Assembly (NCBI GenBank): GCA_963675495.1
Contig: OY776215.1
Coordinates: 1,472,001-1,536,000, forward strand
Direction: 5' to 3'
DNA: 64,000 nt
From: an uncultured Methanolobus sp.
GTDB lineage: Archaea; Halobacteriota; Methanosarcinia; Methanosarcinales; Methanosarcinaceae
Within the stretch, counting starts at the first letter, position 1. Every line of letters starts with the position of its first letter. Shown here piece after piece: positions 31,611-41,623 of this stretch. Both the position numbers and the translations under genes were made by a program. The notes beneath the pieces were generated by a model, which was given only the letters and a program-made list of their open reading frames with translations, had not been told where the DNA came from and did not search any database.

Positions 31611-34327
31611 AAGTCGAACAGAGAACTCTGGGACTTTTTATCTTCAGATAAATTCGGAGCTTGTGCCTCCACTTCTTTTTTGTTAATACGCTTGATAGAA
31701 GAATCTTGAGGTTTTTCTGAAAAATCGAACAGGCCTTTTTGCTTGGAATCATAGTCAAGGTTTGCCATATCGACACCAAATACACCAAGTATCCGCTCCA
31801 CCGGAGGCAGTAGCTGCTTCTTTATGTAGTAGTCCACATCAATAGGAATATTGTTCTCCCTGACGTATTCAGGATCCTCAGCACGATCCACAAACAGACC
31901 CTTTCCTGCCACAATTACAAATGGTATTCGTTCCCCCACAGGAGGAGGAGAGCCAGTCCTGCGCTCAATTTTTTCTGCAACTGTCAGATGAGGCTGTTTG
32001 TTCTTATAGCTCGTAGCTTTTTTAGAGAACATACGAGTCATGGTCAGGTCTTCGATAATATCAGAATCATTCTTTACATCGATATTTCTCACACCATCAA
32101 CAACACTACGCACATGATGTACAGCACCATCTATATTGCCTTCCTTAAGGACCATTTCAAGAACTTTGTTCAATGTCTTCGAAGTAAGACCGCACCAGTC
32201 CCTGCGAACTGTTTCCATTCCCTTGACCTTTATGCCATCTTTCCATTCATCACCAGAGCGTTCAAACACCCATATAGCATAACGTTTCTTAGCGATGAAC
32301 AATGCACGTTTTGCAATTGATTCAAACTCGAGCTCCATGGGGTCTGGAAGTGAAGCAGAAACTGTTGCTGCAATCCTGCTACCTACAAGCCCGGCATCAT
32401 CAAGAGAGACTTCCGTTTTAGAGCTGCACTGAACAAATACACTGTCAGTATCACCATAAACCACTGAAAGGGATACAATATTATCATCGTTGTTGATGGA
32501 AGAGAGCTCTTCAGTGAAATATGCAGAGCCATCCCTCAGTATAACCTTACTGATAGTGCCATTGATTAGGGCACGAGTATTGAGAATGTTATTCCTTCCA
32601 AAGCTTGTTACAGCATTTGCAAGAGCGAGGCTGTATAATCGTGCCCTTGTATAACCAGAATAACCATAAAAACTGTTGAGCAATATCTTCAAAGCAAGCT
32701 GAGTGGCATCAAGAACACGATATTCCGAATCATTTGATGCATTTTTCATCTTCACCTTGGTCTCTACTCTTTGCTGCAGTAATCTTTCAAGAATGGAAGG
32801 CATTATGCCTTTTGAGACTTCGGCGGACACAAACTCTCCACCAGAAGGAGGTTTTACAGTTTCCCCATCCGGCCGGTCATGCTCCACAACTGTGGTATAA
32901 CAGAGATTATGCGCCATCATAATAGTTGGATAAAGTGATTTGTAATCGAGAATTACAACGTTTTCAAGAAGACCGCGTTTTGGCTCAAGGACTGCACCAC
33001 CTTTGAGACCTTCACTGCTGCGATTTCTCAGGAAAACAAGGTCATCATTCGGTTTTGGAGGGATTACCCTATCCTGCTTACCATATTCCCTTAGAAGCAA
33101 GTTATCCACCATAGATGTCTGTCCGCCATCCACTACCTCCTGAACTAAAGAACCACTTACCTGAGCTATAGCAATGTGCTTATCAAGAAGTTGAAGCTTC
33201 AGTAGCAGTTCCATGGCAAGCTCAGAATCCCTGCGTGCATAATCTATGAATTTAAGCACTTTTTCCCCGGAGTCATTCCAGTATTCTTCCATCTCAGATG
33301 GTGCCACATCGAGTTTCTCTTTATCAAGAAGCTCCTTAGCGACGTTCCTTAGAGTGTAGCGTTTAAGGCTGTACTGGCTCCGTATCAATGGAAGCGTATC
33401 CACCACAACTCTCCCGGGAATAGAGACCATGGTACGATTGCCTATCTTACGATAATTGAGGATTCTCCCATCACGACCAACAGTTGATCTTACATTGTCA
33501 CCTGAACCCGCAAGCATAGTCACCCTGTCTGCAATGTAAGGAATATCGAATCCATTGATATTGTAGCCAGATATAACATCGGCATCGTATTGCTGAAATA
33601 TCTCAAAAAAGCGATTCAACATTAAAGTTTCCGAATCGAAGCATTCAACGTCATCACTTACGCCTTCAACCTTTTTTGCAACCAGAACAATAGTATCATT
33701 ACCCTTGAATGCAGGGCTGAATGACATGCTTACCATTATCACAGGAGAGGATTCCGGAACAGGCATGGAACCCCCTATAGGAAGGCACTCAATATCAAAT
33801 GCCAGATACTTAAGAGGAGCAATTGATAGTTTTTCTATTTCCTCAATTGAAGAAGCAGTGAAAACTGAATCACAGTATATTTTATCGTTGGAAAAAGGAC
33901 TCTCAGAAACCGATTCTGCTGTAACCCAGCCCATCCCATGCAAGTCCCGATCTATTAGAAAACGATTTCTGAAAAGTATATCGGTCTCATATACCTCTTT
34001 TACACCTGGAAGTGTAAGTACATCATCACGTATTTCAGGAACATTGCGTGGTTCCATTGTAGTTACCCTAAGCATGGGTTTTTTAGAGACCTGGAATCCA
34101 ATTGGTTCGAACTTAGGGATAATATCTACCTTTTTGATCACGTCGAACCGTTCTTTAAGCATAGTGGAGAGTTTATCGAGCTCCCCTTCAGCATTGATAT
34201 AGAAGTACGGTTTAAATCCGGGTACAAAACAGCAGACGCTTTTACCGTCTTCGGCTCTTCCGAAAAGACGTATCACAGGACCGCTTTCATGTCCTATGTA
34301 ATCAGCATCCAGTATCTGGAAGTTCAT
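31607..34327 (-). CDS. polB: Family B DNA polymerase
   Basis: FDIE exonuclease, DYKSLYPT, KILLNSFYGY, YGDTDS, C-terminal PIP-like QSSLFDF. Confidence 0.96.
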   Translation of the reverse strand: MNFQILDADYIGHESGPVIRLFGRAEDGKSVCCFVPGFKPYFYINAEGELDKLSTMLKERFDVIKKVDIIPKFEPIGFQVSKKPMLRVTTMEPRNVPEIRDDVLTLPGVKEVYETDILFRNRFLIDRDLHGMGWVTAESVSESPFSNDKIYCDSVFTASSIEEIEKLSIAPLKYLAFDIECLPIGGSMPVPESSPVIMVSMSFSPAFKGNDTIVLVAKKVEGVSDDVECFDSETLMLNRFFEIFQQYDADVISGYNINGFDIPYIADRVTMLAGSGDNVRSTVGRDGRILNYRKIGNRTMVSIPGRVVVDTLPLIRSQYSLKRYTLRNVAKELLDKEKLDVAPSEMEEYWNDSGEKVLKFIDYARRDSELAMELLLKLQLLDKHIAIAQVSGSLVQEVVDGGQTSMVDNLLLREYGKQDRVIPPKPNDDLVFLRNRSSEGLKGGAVLEPKRGLLENVVILDYKSLYPTIMMAHNLCYTTVVEHDRPDGETVKPPSGGEFVSAEVSKGIMPSILERLLQQRVETKVKMKNASNDSEYRVLDATQLALKILLNSFYGYSGYTRARLYSLALANAVTSFGRNNILNTRALINGTISKVILRDGSAYFTEELSSINNDDNIVSLSVVYGDTDSVFVQCSSKTEVSLDDAGLVGSRIAATVSASLPDPMELEFESIAKRALFIAKKRYAIWVFERSGDEWKDGIKVKGMETVRRDWCGLTSKTLNKVLEMVLKEGNIDGAVHHVRSVVDGVRNIDVKNDSDIIEDLTMTRMFSKKATSYKNKQPHLTVAEKIERRTGSPPPVGERIPFVIVAGKGLFVDRAEDPEYVRENNIPIDVDYYIKKQLLPPVERILGVFGVDMANLDYDSKQKGLFDFSEKPQDSSIKRINKKEVEAQAPNLSEDKKSQSSLFDF

Positions 34328-34393
34328 GAACTACCTTACAGGTTTGCAGCATATATGCTTTGCGTTGAAATCTAAAAAGATAAAAAAGTTGAA

Positions 34394-34504
34394 TGCCCGG
34401 AGCGTGACTCGAACACGCGACCTCCAGATATCTCAGGAGATTTTGGACGCACGGAATTTTATTCCCTATGAGTCTGGCGCCCCAACCAACTAGGCTACCC
34501 GGGC
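34394..34504 (-). tRNA. Elongator tRNA-Met (CAT) with 37-nt intron (34430-34466) at position 37/38
   Basis: CCAGA-CT-CAT-A[intron]A-TCTGG; BHB with CTCA/TGAG central helix. Confidence 0.92.
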
Positions 34505-34593
34505 AGTGCAGCATGTAAAAGGACAAAGTCATATTAAAGCATATCGATTGAAAGAGCCAACTGTTCACAGAAATATCAAAAAAATGGCACGGG

Positions 34594-35166
34594 TTAATAT
34601 CCCGTTGCTTCAGCCAACTCACTCAGAACAACATAATCATCTGTTGCGCCACCTACAACAAAGACAAACCTGTCATTGCTCCAGATGTAAGTGTATCGAG
34701 GAATATTGGCCTTATCAATTGTAACATATTCAAGTATTCTTTCAGTAGAATGACCATTGATGGATTCTTCTGTAAAGCGTGATCCTGAAGACAATTCTCT
34801 GAACCCTGCCTTGTACTGAACTATAAACTCTTCAGCTGAAGACGAGCTGTTCATTTCTATAACATCTATATAGATATCTGTGGAATTCAGATACATATAA
34901 AGACCTTCGGAACCAGCTTCGATGCCTTCTACTGAAACATATTCCTCTTCCACCTTTTCAGCAGACAGGTCACGGGAACCAAGGAACTCGTAGTTTTCGG
35001 GCAGATCATCAACAGGCATAAGACTCTGGCTACTGGTATCCTCTGAGATAGTATTTGAGACAATATCAGAATCTACAGGAATTTCTTCAACAACCTCATC
35101 CGTGCAACCGGAGATTGATAACATTAAAATACTGATTATTAGAACCAAAAAGACTTTTTTAAGCAT
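34594..35166 (-). CDS. Acidic lipoprotein downstream of the S-layer gene
   Basis: MLKK + hydrophobic stretch + ISGC lipobox. Confidence 0.8.
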   Translation of the reverse strand: MLKKVFLVLIISILMLSISGCTDEVVEEIPVDSDIVSNTISEDTSSQSLMPVDDLPENYEFLGSRDLSAEKVEEEYVSVEGIEAGSEGLYMYLNSTDIYIDVIEMNSSSSAEEFIVQYKAGFRELSSGSRFTEESINGHSTERILEYVTIDKANIPRYTYIWSNDRFVFVVGGATDDYVVLSELAEATGY

Positions 35167-35195
35167 GGTTACACCTCTTTAAAAAAACCAATCAT

Positions 35196-35230
35196 AAAAA
35201 AAAGGTTAAAAGAAGGGATTAACCCTTCTT
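35196..35230 (-). terminator. S-layer gene terminator
   Basis: AAGAAGGG-N5-CCCTTCTT hairpin followed by T-tracts on minus strand. Confidence 0.65.
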
Positions 35231-35241
35231 CAGTTTAGATT

Positions 35242-37245
35242 TTAGTTTCTTCTAACAAGGTATGCTACTGCGAGAAGACCAGCTACTGCGAAGATTGCTT
35301 CAAATCCTGGAGCCTGATCAGCAGGTACTTCAGTTTCTTCTTCTTCTTCTTCGTCTTCTACAGGCATCTCTTCTTCTTCAACAGGGGTTTCTTCTACTTC
35401 TTCACCCTCTTCGACTTCTTCTTCCTCTACAGGCATTTCGATTTCATCGTCATCGCCTGCTTCGGCATCATCTACTACAGGACCTTCACCGATTGTTCTC
35501 TCGACGAATGGATAGTATCTGAGTGTTGTTGAGTCTGCGGTCTTGAGCATGATGCCTTCTGCAAGATCGATTTCCTTGTCTGCGGACAATGAAATTGAAC
35601 CGGAGTTGAACATTGAGATGGTGCTGGATACAGCATTGACTTCAAGTTCTCCGAATTCATCAGATGATTCGATCTCAAGAATGTTGTCGTAGTCAAGGAG
35701 CCAGAGACCTTCGACAACAGCGAGGCTGTCTACCTGACCCTGGAATACATCGGTAATGAGTACTCTGAAGACAAGTACATCATCCTGGTCTCCAACATCT
35801 ACATCGTAGTCCCAGGTTGCTTCGCCGCTAGTTACATCGATAACTTCATCCTCTACGAATTCTCCGTCCTTGGAGAGCTCCATCCAGACCTTGTCACCTT
35901 CTACATCGATCTGCTTTGCAGTAAGCTCATAGCCTTCTGCGAGTTCGAGTGCGGAACCGGTTCTGAGTGTGTACTTGTCATCTGTGTCGAGCAGAAGTTT
36001 TACAAGTTCACCTGCATCAAGATCATCTGTTGCAACATATTCCTGTGCAAAGAGTCCGATGATTGGGAAGGTGTCGTTGTTGGTGCTTACATCCTCATCA
36101 GCGAAGTCTCCTGTGTATGCTGTCTGTACAATAGTTGTGTTGTACCAGAGAGATTCATCAGCAACTGTTTTGCCGCTTACTGGGATATAAAGTGATTCTG
36201 AACTTTCATCGTCATCAAGATCATACCAGAAACCTGCAAATTCGTTTGCTGTCCATGTAGTTGTGCCTGTTGTTGCGATGTTACCTCTGATCTCGTATGT
36301 TCCTGCGCCGGTGTATTCCTTTACAAGAGCAAATCTAAGGTCACTGTCATCTGCTGTCTTGAGCATCATTCCTTCTGCAAGGTCGATCTCTTTGTCAGCT
36401 GAAAGTGTAAGTGTACCGGAGTTGAACATGGAGATTACGTCAGATACTGCATCGACTTCAAGTTCTCCGAATTCATCAGAAGATTCAACTTCAAGAATGT
36501 TCTCATAGTCTACAAGCCAGAGACCTTCGACAACAGCGAGGCTGTCTACCTGACCCTGGAATACGTCTGTAATGAGTACTCTGAAGACAATTACATCATC
36601 CTGGTCTCCGACATCTACATCGTAGTCCCAGGTTGCGTCGCCAGCAGTTACATCGATAACTTCATCCTCAACGAATTCCCCGTCCTTGGAGAGTTCCATC
36701 CAGACCTTGTCACCTTCTACATCGATCTGCTTTGCAGTAAGCTCATAGCCTTCTGCGAGTTCGAGTGCGGAGCCAGTTCTGAGTGTGTACTTGTCATCTG
36801 TGTCGAGCAGAAGCTTTACAAGCTCACCTGCATCATCATCATCTGTAGGCACATATTTGTCTGCAAAGAGTCCAATAAGTGGGAATGTGTCGTTGTCGGT
36901 GGTTACAGCCTCATCAGCAAAAGCACCTGAGTAGTCAGACTGGACTATTGTTGCGTAGTACCAGAGACCTTTCTCATCGATTGCATTTCCGCTTACAAAA
37001 GCAGAGTCGTTTACGATTGTGAGATTTTCACTTGCAAGGTTGTCATCAATGTCATACCAGAAACCTGCAAAGTTTGTAGTGTCGATTAATATGTCTCCAC
37101 TCTCTTGAGTGAATATGTCAGCAAAGTCTGTACCGTTGAAAACTTCACTGCGCACTTCAACAGTTGCATCTACAGCACTTGCAGGCACGATTAATGCTGC
37201 AAGAGCAATAAGAGCAACTAATGCGATAGTTGTAAATCTTTTCAT
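35242..37245 (-). CDS. Major S-layer protein (two DUF1608-type repeats, PGF-CTERM anchor)
   Basis: Signal peptide; duplicated FAGFWYD...LTAKQIDVEGDKVWMELSKDG domains; acidic linker; PGF + TM + RRN archaeosortase signal. Confidence 0.93.
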   Translation of the reverse strand: MKRFTTIALVALIALAALIVPASAVDATVEVRSEVFNGTDFADIFTQESGDILIDTTNFAGFWYDIDDNLASENLTIVNDSAFVSGNAIDEKGLWYYATIVQSDYSGAFADEAVTTDNDTFPLIGLFADKYVPTDDDDAGELVKLLLDTDDKYTLRTGSALELAEGYELTAKQIDVEGDKVWMELSKDGEFVEDEVIDVTAGDATWDYDVDVGDQDDVIVFRVLITDVFQGQVDSLAVVEGLWLVDYENILEVESSDEFGELEVDAVSDVISMFNSGTLTLSADKEIDLAEGMMLKTADDSDLRFALVKEYTGAGTYEIRGNIATTGTTTWTANEFAGFWYDLDDDESSESLYIPVSGKTVADESLWYNTTIVQTAYTGDFADEDVSTNNDTFPIIGLFAQEYVATDDLDAGELVKLLLDTDDKYTLRTGSALELAEGYELTAKQIDVEGDKVWMELSKDGEFVEDEVIDVTSGEATWDYDVDVGDQDDVLVFRVLITDVFQGQVDSLAVVEGLWLLDYDNILEIESSDEFGELEVNAVSSTISMFNSGSISLSADKEIDLAEGIMLKTADSTTLRYYPFVERTIGEGPVVDDAEAGDDDEIEMPVEEEEVEEGEEVEETPVEEEEMPVEDEEEEEETEVPADQAPGFEAIFAVAGLLAVAYLVRRN
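35701..36835. repeat. Internal direct repeat of the S-layer gene (35701-36019 vs 36517-36835, 816-nt period)
   Basis: About 15 mismatches in 319 nt by hand count. Confidence 0.9.
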
Positions 37246-37733
37246 TATTTTCCTCCGTATTTATTCTATGATATAAGAGTGAGAATCAGAAATAAAGCGT
37301 ATTATCGCCATATTAGCTTCAGACAAAGAAACAAACACAAAGATTCGTTCATTGCCGAAGGAGACTTCATCACCCTCCTAATCCCGTCATATTGGATTAC
37401 AAGTGTTCTATTAAACGATTGCCGTATTAAATCTTTTGTGGTCCAATATGAAACAATTATCGCATTGCATTGGCAAACATCGATGCAATTGACGGTAAAT
37501 GTCGAAGTTGTCAGACAAAATATGGAGAAAAGACGAAGAACACACAACTAATGTTCACAGATTGCCATATAGTTTTTTAAGAAAGAAAGCTATATTCACG
37601 GCCACTACAATAATCATAATTCAACATATTTATATATATGATAACATAAAATGAACATAAAATAAAAGTAATATATGTATAAGCTTTTCAATTCACTTTA
37701 TCACGCAATTATCACAAGGAGCGAAATAATAAG

Positions 37734-38513
37734 ATGTACGATGGCGCAGTTTCTGAAGAAATATCAATGGAAGATGAGGCAAATCGTGTCAAAACGGGCA
37801 TACCAGGGTTCGATGAGTTATGCGGCGGAGGACTTATCAGGGACAGGACATACCTTATATCAGGCACATCAGGTGCTGGTAAAACTAATTTTTCTATACA
37901 ATTCATCTACAATGGAATTACCAAATATGGCGAGAACGGGATAATCGTTGCAACTGAAGAAAGACCGGAACAAATTCGGGAGAACGTTCTCAAATTAGGC
38001 TGGGACCTGCAAGCACTTGAAGACGAGAATAAACTTGTCATCATCGACGCCTGTTCCACGAAGATAGGCATACCCTCACAAGAAAAGTACGTGGATGTAC
38101 GACCATTTGAAATAAGGTCCATGATGGACCAGATCATAGCCACCCAGGAGGAAATAAATGCCAAACGTGCACTTATTGATTCAACGACATCTGTTAGTTT
38201 CTACCTCCAGGATCCGGCAAAAATAAGGATTGAACTCCTAAAACTCAGCACGACACTTGAAGTCATTGGCCTGACATCGATGATGACATGTGAACTTATA
38301 GATGAATCAAAACCATCCAGGTTCGGAGTTGAGAATTTTGTCACAGATGGTACTATAGTACTCTACTACAAAAGACATGAGAACGTAAGAATGAGAAGTA
38401 TGGAGATATACAAAATGAGAGGGTCGGACCACAGTAAGAAGATCCACCCCTATGATATAACCCCTAGTGGATTTGTAATCCATCCACACGAGGAAGTATA
38501 TTCAATGTTCTAA
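37734..38513 (+). CDS. Single-domain KaiC/RAD55-like ATPase
   Basis: TGIPGFD, GTSGAGKT, ATEE, LIDS, KMRGSDH. Confidence 0.9.
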   Translation: MYDGAVSEEISMEDEANRVKTGIPGFDELCGGGLIRDRTYLISGTSGAGKTNFSIQFIYNGITKYGENGIIVATEERPEQIRENVLKLGWDLQALEDENKLVIIDACSTKIGIPSQEKYVDVRPFEIRSMMDQIIATQEEINAKRALIDSTTSVSFYLQDPAKIRIELLKLSTTLEVIGLTSMMTCELIDESKPSRFGVENFVTDGTIVLYYKRHENVRMRSMEIYKMRGSDHSKKIHPYDITPSGFVIHPHEEVYSMF

Positions 38514-38749
38514 ATATCCGGATACGTTTCTTCATGGCCGCATTCCACACATTTATAAATTACAAGTGTGCGGCCAAAATGGTCATGCCTTTTAAGCACA
38601 GGATATCTCCAACGATTCAGTTTTCCTTCACAAAGCGGACATCTGTAGTTCATATTGTTCACCAACAGTTAATTATATAAAAGTATATATTAAATTAACG
38701 AATAGAAAAATGATCAAAACAATAGAACCAAAATCAGAAAGAAGATAGA

Positions 38750-40126
38750 ATGGACGAGCTAAAAAGTATATCATGTGGCATCAAAGGGCTTGATGAAATA
38801 TTAGGTGGAATGATGTCACCCTCCACAATCCTGGTAGCAGGGACAGCAGGAGTAGGCAAAACGATCATGTCACTACAGATGCTTTCAAATGCTTCCAGAA
38901 AAGGAGAGAAAGCACTCTATATACCTATTACAACGGAAAGTGCTGAAAAACTGAAGATGTACAATTCAACACTTGATTTTTTTGACAACTCCTTTGAAGT
39001 ACATCCAATGAACAGGCAACTTGCGGAAAAAGATCCTCTAACAACTTTGATCGAGATTGGAAACATAATAGAATCAGTTAAACCTGACAGACTGGTAATT
39101 GACCCTATTACTCCACTTGGTTTTGGATTTATCGAACAGGAAAAAAGAAGATTTTTCTATACACTTGACTCCATGCTACAGGAAAGAAATATGCTCACAT
39201 TCCTTGTTGGAGAACTTTTAAAGTCAGAATTACATAATTCCGTAGTCAGCCACCTCTCAGACGGTATTATTTACCTTACAAGAAAGGACAGTAACTCCAG
39301 AGCGGACCATCGAATGGAATTCATCAAAATGAGAGGCCTTGATCCAGGAATACGCTCAGAGATAACTTCCCGTAAATACCTGTATAACATCAATTCAACA
39401 GGTTTTGCCGTGTACCCACACCTGAAACCGGAAAGAAAGGTAGCGTTGGATGATACCAGGATTGAAACGGGGATACCCGGACTGGATGGTATGTTCGATG
39501 GAGGACTTTTAAAATACAACAGCCTCCTTGTAGCCGGAACCCCTGGAACCGGAAAGAAAATATTCGGATTGCAGTTCATATTGCAGGGGCTTAAAAACAA
39601 CGAACCGGGAATAGTAGTTACGTTCGAAGACACACCGCACCAGATGATACTTGATGCTAAAAGAATGGGCTGGAACCTGAAAAAATATATTGATGACGGA
39701 CTTTTGTATTTTATTTGCAACAATCCAAGTGATATATACCCCGGAGAACATGCTGCAAACATAAAAGAAAATGTTGAAACGAATAATATTAGCAGGGTAT
39801 TCTTTGACGGAACCAATCACCTTGAATTGTCAATGCCCGATAGCTTAGAACTTAGAGGCTACCTTTATTCAATGACAAGTTACCTGAAAAGCCGGAACAT
39901 TACATCTTTATTTGCAACAGATACTGCACCCTCGGAATGTCCAGGTAATGAGAAGATAGATGCGGCATCCATCATGGATTCAGTGCTCGTTTTGCATAAT
40001 TCCCGAGCAAGGGATCGAAGATATATGTGTGTCACCAAATCAAGAGGTACAAAACACAAACGATCAATAAAAGAATATGCAATTACAGAAAGCGGGATAA
40101 AACTCAGAACTGACACTTTAATTTAA
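38750..40126 (+). CDS. Double-domain KaiC-like ATPase
   Basis: GTAGVGKT/KMRG and GTPGTGKK/KSRG domains. Confidence 0.88.
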   Translation: MDELKSISCGIKGLDEILGGMMSPSTILVAGTAGVGKTIMSLQMLSNASRKGEKALYIPITTESAEKLKMYNSTLDFFDNSFEVHPMNRQLAEKDPLTTLIEIGNIIESVKPDRLVIDPITPLGFGFIEQEKRRFFYTLDSMLQERNMLTFLVGELLKSELHNSVVSHLSDGIIYLTRKDSNSRADHRMEFIKMRGLDPGIRSEITSRKYLYNINSTGFAVYPHLKPERKVALDDTRIETGIPGLDGMFDGGLLKYNSLLVAGTPGTGKKIFGLQFILQGLKNNEPGIVVTFEDTPHQMILDAKRMGWNLKKYIDDGLLYFICNNPSDIYPGEHAANIKENVETNNISRVFFDGTNHLELSMPDSLELRGYLYSMTSYLKSRNITSLFATDTAPSECPGNEKIDAASIMDSVLVLHNSRARDRRYMCVTKSRGTKHKRSIKEYAITESGIKLRTDTLI

Positions 40127-40136
40127 AAAAAAATAA

Positions 40137-40376
40137 TTAGATATTATGGACTTTGCGCTCCAAAGTTTCCCCCAGTTCAGTAAGCTTATATACATCGCAC
40201 TCTTGCTCGATTAACTCTTTATCAATGAGCTCTTCTACGATCTTATCGACGGAAGGACGAGCTATATGCATATTCTTTGCCAATTTGCCAGCATCCAGCT
40301 GATGCTTGGAACCCAACAAAGCAAGTAATTTCTGACGATTTTTGTTACCAGTTACAAATCCTATTAATTCTTCCAT
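40137..40376 (-). CDS. Small winged-helix DNA-binding protein
   Basis: RQKLLALL...LAKNMHIARPSVDKIVEELIDKELI...YKLTELG; GGAGG SD before ATG at 40376. Confidence 0.8.
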   Translation of the reverse strand: MEELIGFVTGNKNRQKLLALLGSKHQLDAGKLAKNMHIARPSVDKIVEELIDKELIEQECDVYKLTELGETLERKVHNI

Positions 40377-40510
40377 ATCCATCCTCCTATACATTATTGA
40401 GTTGCATGATATAATTACTTTTACATAATTTATCACTCTTGCAAACATAAACATTTTTTACCACATGCCAGTACAAAGGATACTTTTATTACATGTAATG
40501 CATATGTAAG

Positions 40511-40829
40511 GGTGGCAGGCTAGTCTGGGTAGGCCGGCGTTACCTGTAACCCGAAATCGCCGATATGCGGGAGACGAAGCCTGAAGAAGATGTTTGGACC
40601 ATTTTCAAACCTGTGATTTCAACTGAGAAACCCCGTCCTGCTTGGATGACGTTGGTATATGTGCTTGTTGGAGAACTTGTTCGTATACCTTAACCGTGAG
40701 AACCAGTCCAGGCCCGGAAGGGAGCAGACCAACCGCAGACAATTATCGCTTGGAGGGTTGCGGGGTGGAGAAGAGATTGCAGATCACCTGAAAGTGGAAA
40801 AAATAGCGACTTTGGGCGTGCCTGTCACT
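40511..40829 (+). ncRNA. ffs: Archaeal SRP (7S) RNA
   Basis: Helix-8 CAGGCCCGGAAGGGAGCA; paired termini GGTGGCAGG/CCTGTCACT; ~320 nt. Confidence 0.93.
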
Positions 40830-40884
40830 TGATCCTAGAAAGCGTTAAATACCAGAATTGCGTTTAGGAACGAACACTGACTGT

Positions 40885-40969
40885 GACGAGATAGCCAAGC
40901 CCGGTATGGCGCAGGATTGCTAATCCTGTGATGCTTTGCGTCTCGGGGGTTCGAATCCCCCTCTCGTCG
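40885..40969 (+). tRNA. tRNA-Ser (GCT)
   Basis: GACGAGA stem, CAGGA-TT-GCT-AA-TCCTG, long variable arm, GGTTCGAATCC. Confidence 0.95.
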
Positions 40970-41044
40970 TACTTTTTTTTAGCAATTATAAATGTACCCA
41001 TATTGATAAAGAAACTAATAATACAAAGGGCAAAGAGCATAATA

Positions 41045-41275
41045 ATGTCTGAAAAAACTATTATCCCGGTATTAAATATTCAGGAATCCGATAACCAAAG
41101 TGAGAGTGCATGCACATCCTGCGGAGCTGGAGGCTGCTGCGGTGGTTTTGGCATAAAGGCAGGTTCTGAGAAAGACGTTGTTTTCAGGAACATATTCATG
41201 TATATGACAATGGGAATCATAATATTCACCGTTGCATACCTGACAATGAAGGTTATGACCCTGATCAACGGATAA
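41045..41275 (+). CDS. Small Cys-rich tail-anchored membrane protein (76 aa)
   Basis: MSEKTIIPV...CTSCGAGGCCGG...C-terminal TM; ORF-track start 40928 lies inside tRNA-Ser. Confidence 0.7.
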   Translation: MSEKTIIPVLNIQESDNQSESACTSCGAGGCCGGFGIKAGSEKDVVFRNIFMYMTMGIIIFTVAYLTMKVMTLING

Positions 41276-41602
41276 TCATTTTGATTTTATACATTTAAAG
41301 GGATATCTTTTTACCCCGCCGCATTTAAGGCATGTGATAATAATAGTGCCATCTTTAAGGCGGCGTCTTGAATTTTGACCCGTTACAAGCAGTGAACCAC
41401 ATTGCTTGCAGAAATTACGTTTAAGTTCTGCAGGAATGCTTACACGATGACGCATCCCTATTTTTCTTGCTAGCGAAACATAACGTTCGCTCTTTTCAGG
41501 GTTTACGCAAAGCTCATTTTTAGCGAGTTCAAAGAGATACTGAATACGCTCTTGTGCAACATTTTTGGATATTGCTTTGTTTTTCTTTCTTGATCTTGCC
41601 AT
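41276..41602 (-). CDS. rnp4: RNase P protein component 4 (Rpp21)
   Basis: AQERI..LF, RYV.LARKI, FCKQC, CLKCG..KRYP. Confidence 0.93.
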   Translation of the reverse strand: MARSRKKNKAISKNVAQERIQYLFELAKNELCVNPEKSERYVSLARKIGMRHRVSIPAELKRNFCKQCGSLLVTGQNSRRRLKDGTIIITCLKCGGVKRYPFKCIKSK

Positions 41603-41623
41603 TTTACGACACCTGCCCAGAAA

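Noticed and set aside
32450-32570. Insertion before YGDTDS in PolB as a possible intein
   Set aside because: Only ~30 aa, with no N-terminal Cys/Ser block or C-terminal HN motif
34302-34622. 106-aa minus-strand ORF upstream of polB
   Set aside because: Overlaps the intron-containing tRNA-Met
37734-40126. Circadian clock
   Set aside because: No KaiA/KaiB and no canonical adjacent Ser-Thr phosphosites; KaiC-like ATPases are common in archaea
40928-41044. N-terminal extension of the Cys-rich ORF given in the track
   Set aside because: Overlaps tRNA-Ser and its T-tract terminator; ATG at 41045 preferred
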